From positions 42,538,862-42,602,861 of the forward strand of contig CM074511.1 in the NCBI GenBank assembly GCA_037379345.1: 64,000 bases of DNA. Reading direction: 5' to 3'. This DNA comes from Perna viridis (taxonomy: Eukaryota). Positions 60,601 through 64,000 of the stretch are shown piece by piece. Made by a program: the position numbers and the translations under genes. Every line of letters starts with the position of its first letter. The stretch's first letter is position 1. The notes under the pieces are model-generated. The model ran no database searches. It was not told where the DNA came from and saw only the letters and a program-made list of their open reading frames with translations.

Positions 60601-61805
60601 AATGAAAAAAAAAAGATATCTATCTAGTGTATGTTTAAACGGTACAGCATATCAAACATTTAATGTCGTAGTTCAGTTAATTACAGCTAAGATGACCATC
60701 CTCTTGTACAGGGCAAAAACAATTACAATGTTGTTGAAACTAAATGTATTTTATCTTTTGTATTTTGTAAGTTCCCTAGTAAGAAGTGTAAACATTGAGA
60801 GCAGCTATATAGGAAAACCATTTTATGTGGTTTGCTCAATTTTCGCAGGTCTGAACTGTTTGTCATTAGTAATTGTGAATAAGGTGGAGGTATTCTATAA
60901 GTTTGCTGATATTGAAGTTGTGTATTAATCTGTTTAATTTTAAAATATCTTCTGATTTTCTTTAAGGATATCTTGGTAAGAGACTTAGCTTCACAGCTTA
61001 AGTTTTATTGATATATTTTGCCTTGTTAAATTTTCTGATCAAATGCATTATATATTTCTTTTCTTAAGGATCTATACATATGAAAGAATGATTTATAACT
61101 ACACCTTGCATGACTACATCATAAGCACATTTTATACCCACTATTTATGCCTTCAAAAGTCTCAATCCATTGTACCACATAGCTTTTTCATTTACGAAAC
61201 TGCTAGGTGTGTTATCAATACCTTTACAAATTGTAAATAGAAATGTAGCAAACTAGAATTAAAAAAAATCATTTATTCTGTACTTGGCCTCTAAACATAG
61301 AAATTTGATGTACATGTATGCTTTATACATGAAGAAATGTTAATTTTCTAAATTTTTACACATACTACTTTGCTGACATTATTTATCCAGTTAAGATGAT
61401 TTTAAATTTTACCTTAGATTGCCTAAACATTTGAAAACATTTGTCTGAATCAAATCAAAATTTAAAGTGATGTTCATTCTATAGAATAAACCATGTTTAA
61501 AGATTAAGACTTGAATTAATTACTTTGAAGAATAATTCTTTTCTATAAATGTGTTTTAATCCCTTTCTGACTTCTAACTTTAAAATTGCTCAAACATCAT
61601 CTTTCTATTTCATTGTGCAATATTAATAGTTCAAATTCCCATGTAGCATACATACATATTTAGTGTCTTGTTGATTTAAAAATGCATGGCTTTTCTGATA
61701 TTCCTCAGTCTGTCTGTCTGTCTTCAGGGCGAGACCTTCATCGTAGCTACTCTCATGACCCAAATTTACTGCTTCATAGACCACAAGTACAGGGTCTGGA
61801 GAAAG
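54291..61805 (+). CDS. CABLES1: CDK5 and ABL1 enzyme substrate (CABLES) family gene, 5' part. Exons 54291-54604, 55460-55545, 55910-56000, 57778-57843, 59021-59132, 60181-60292, 61728-61805. The cyclin-box exons were not seen and presumably lie beyond the window.
   Basis: N-terminal CABLES motif RRKIAAVNFLSNISLDG, plus RIIIVSKNKAPMVICSTLPY and GQDVSYSELLVP resembling conserved CABLES blocks. Exons join in frame at GT-AG junctions. Confidence 0.85.
55460..55545 (+). CDS. CABLES1: CABLES exon 2
   Basis: TYSATLEKERLARNKMYTDPSLIREGLQ(G); TATAG| and |GTATGT; phase-consistent. Confidence 0.75.
55910..56000 (+). CDS. CABLES1: CABLES exon 3
   Basis: VPLQPNLRQSTKRSVNFFDVNSRRRIGEE(R); TTACAG| and |GTATTT. 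Confidence 0.75.
56726..57223 (-). mobile_element. Apparently full-length (about 500 bp) SINE-like non-autonomous retroposon
   Basis: Flanked by direct repeat CAAAAACAATTTGC (56712-56725 and 57223-57236). (AAAC)n 3' tail, GC-rich body, and a 3' end shared with two truncated copies in the window. Confidence 0.88.
57778..57843 (+). CDS. CABLES1: CABLES exon 4
   Basis: IIIVSKNKAPMVICSTLPYNK(K); TTTTTAG| and |GTAAGT. Confidence 0.85.
57807..58820 (+). repeat. 48-bp tandem array (about 21 copies) made from the CABLES exon 4 / intron 4 donor junction
   Basis: Unit CAATGGTGATCTGTTCTACATTACCATACAACAAAAA|GTAAGTTAAAT; first donor at 57844, last at 58807. Confidence 0.97.
59021..59132 (+). CDS. CABLES1: CABLES exon 5
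   Basis: AEYEEIKITRTRNMSGTSHEGLLYLGLHAVGLVEEGQ; TTTAG| and CAG|GTACAC. Confidence 0.78.
59934..60197 (+). repeat. About 32-bp tandem array (about 8 copies) made from the intron 5 / CABLES exon 6 acceptor junction
   Basis: Unit CCTTATCTATTTATAG|GATGTATCATACAGTG; the last copy is the acceptor at 60179-60180. Confidence 0.9.
60181..60292 (+). CDS. CABLES1: CABLES exon 6
   Basis: DVSYSELLVPSHGRYLHRAQSEKGLQLLTEHAHPLTT(G). The 3' end is uncertain because a second CAG|GTACTT donor follows 60221. Confidence 0.72.
61728..61805 (+). CDS. CABLES1: CABLES exon 7
   Basis: RDLHRSYSHDPNLLLHRPQVQGLEK(G); TCTTCAG| and |GTATAT. Confidence 0.65.
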
Positions 61806-64000
61806 GTATATCTGTGCATGGGCTTGTTTTTAACTTAATGCCTTTCTGTCAGTGTTTTTTTTTTAAAGTTAATACAAAAAGAAGATTTTTAATGTATTCA
61901 AAGAAACAAAGATGAGAAAAATGACTAAATTAATCAAAATTTTGGATGGTATGTTTTTATATGCCTGTCTGTCTAGATGGGATGTATTATTGTACCCTGT
62001 AAATGTTTTAGCTGAAATGTAGACTAATGCTATTTTGACAGAAAGGTATAAGAAAAAAAACAGACAATGTTGCTGGCTGCTGTATGCAATATGTAGGCAA
62101 GGAACTTCTCTCTCACAATTATCTATCTGTAGTTATTTTCTGTGGAATGATTTTTGTCTAACAGAAATATCTTGTAATTTTGTAAAGCCAATTATAAAGA
62201 TATTAACTACTTTTACATGTAAATAATCTCACAATTGCTCCATTTGTGGTGTATGTATATGATTCAAACTTATATCCAAATAACTTTTGTTAATGAACTA
62301 AAAATACACCTATATATGATTGATATGACTATAAATGATAATTTTGGGATCAGCTGTAAAGTATTTTTTTTATGACATAGCAAATGTATCAATGGTCTTT
62401 GTATAAATTTACTAATACCAAAAATGTGATGGTGAGCACTGGTTATGAACTATTTCAACAATTCAGGTTCATTTAGTCTCCATGGATTGTTGGGTGAAGA
62501 AAAAAACAAAAAAATATGTTAGCCACTGAGATATGATAGCCCTATACCCCCTCTATGTACATTTGAGGATACTTTACTAAACCATCTACCAATTATTTAG
62601 GAATGTGTAGTGTTGATTAGGAGTGGCTGCATGGTGTTTTACTTCTGAAGAATGAAACTCCCAGTCTTTTCATAATTAACTGTTGTTTTTTTTTTCAGCA
62701 TCCTTTTTAGCCACTTTCCTTTCTAAGCTAAGGCATGTGATATATGATAGTATAGACTTAGCAACTCAATGTAGATACTGATATTAATGCATGGAGTGAT
62801 CTTAAGTAGATACAATAATACTACTTTGTAGAGTAGTTTTCTTGAAAATGTTCTTCTTTAAAATCAGCAGTGTACAAACTAGAAAAAAAATTCAATACTT
62901 GAAATACTTATTTTACCCCCACAAGTGGCTCGTATACATTGAATCTCTCAAGTAAGTTTGTCAGTCTTTACTCATCACACTTTGTAGATAGCTGATGACA
63001 GTTTGACCAGATCTTTTCAAACACAATGTTGTAAACCATAAATACATGACAAGATTGATTTTAGTGTGTATTTCACATCCTCTTCTTCAGAGTTATTGCC
63101 CCTTTTCACTGAGAGAATAATGAGTTGGACCAGAAATTCCTTTTCCACTAAACTTGATACAGTATGCTTTTGAAATATAGACTAATTTGAATAAAAAAAA
63201 ATTGAAGAAAGCATAAGTCATATTCTGCATTACATATTGTATCACATATTATTGAATTTAACTTAACCTTTGTTGAGAATCAATCAGAGTTTTGCTTCCC
63301 AGTTTGTCCTTGAGGCCTCAATGATAACTGGACTACATTTCTTACAACATGAATTTGTAAAAAAATACCTGTGTTCATTTTGTTATTAGTTACTTGAGTA
63401 CATTTTCCCTTCCAGCATTAGGCATGACTTAGGTGCAGTTTCTCATAGTTAAATATTTTTGGGAAAACTGAAATTTAATCTGATTGCTGAATTCATGCAT
63501 AGGTTTATTTGTTTGTATTCACATTACCTTTTTCGAACATTTTTCTGCTTTTCTGCACCCATTATTCTTGAAAATATTGAAAGCCACAGCAAGTCTTTTA
63601 ACACAGGCAGAACTTAGGCTTTTTTTGTGCATTCTCCTGCTTCTTGTATATCAATCATTTTAGGAATATTTGAAATTGTAAATTTACCAGGGAAAGAAAT
63701 CACCTCTTTTGCATTTTCTTAAATATACAAGTACATGCATTCTTTAATTAACATTGTAATATATTTTGAAATATCAGTACACCTAGAAAGGTTTTTATTA
63801 TATTTTTTCTCTGACATTATCAGTTATGCTTGAAGGTATATTTGTTCACTATATACCATTTTGGTGTTGTTTTTTTTTGGTGTTGATCATACAACAACAT
63901 TAAGTTCCCAACAAAGAGGTAGACCTAGGCTAAAGGACATAACTCATGAAATCAGTGATATGTTTGTATTATATTCAATTTCACCAAAGCCTCTCAAGCA

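Noticed and set aside
61806-64000. Further CABLES exons (DP.LLDDP motif, cyclin box)
   Set aside because: No convincing in-frame match was found, so they probably lie beyond the window.

Overview
AT-rich, intron-rich animal genomic DNA. The repeat content resembles bivalve (mussel-like) genomes; this is inferred, not verified. The minus strand carries a complete 22-exon mind bomb 1 (MIB1) E3 ligase gene (ATG 51337 to TAA 2285; hand-assembled CDS 3018 nt, 1005 aa, all introns GT-AG and phase-consistent). Its 20.4-kb intron 13 holds the miR-1 and miR-133 hairpins on the opposite strand. The 5' part of a CABLES-family gene (7 exons) starts head-to-head at 54291 and runs out of the window. Introns contain MITEs, Helentron-like elements and a SINE-like family with target-site duplications. 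The most unusual signal is four independent tandem arrays (39, 72, 48 and 32 bp units). Each is built from a real exon-intron junction and runs from the exon into the intron, giving 8-21 serial copies of the splice site. Two arrays decay with distance from the exon. A possible fifth, older triplication appears to have become part of an exon.
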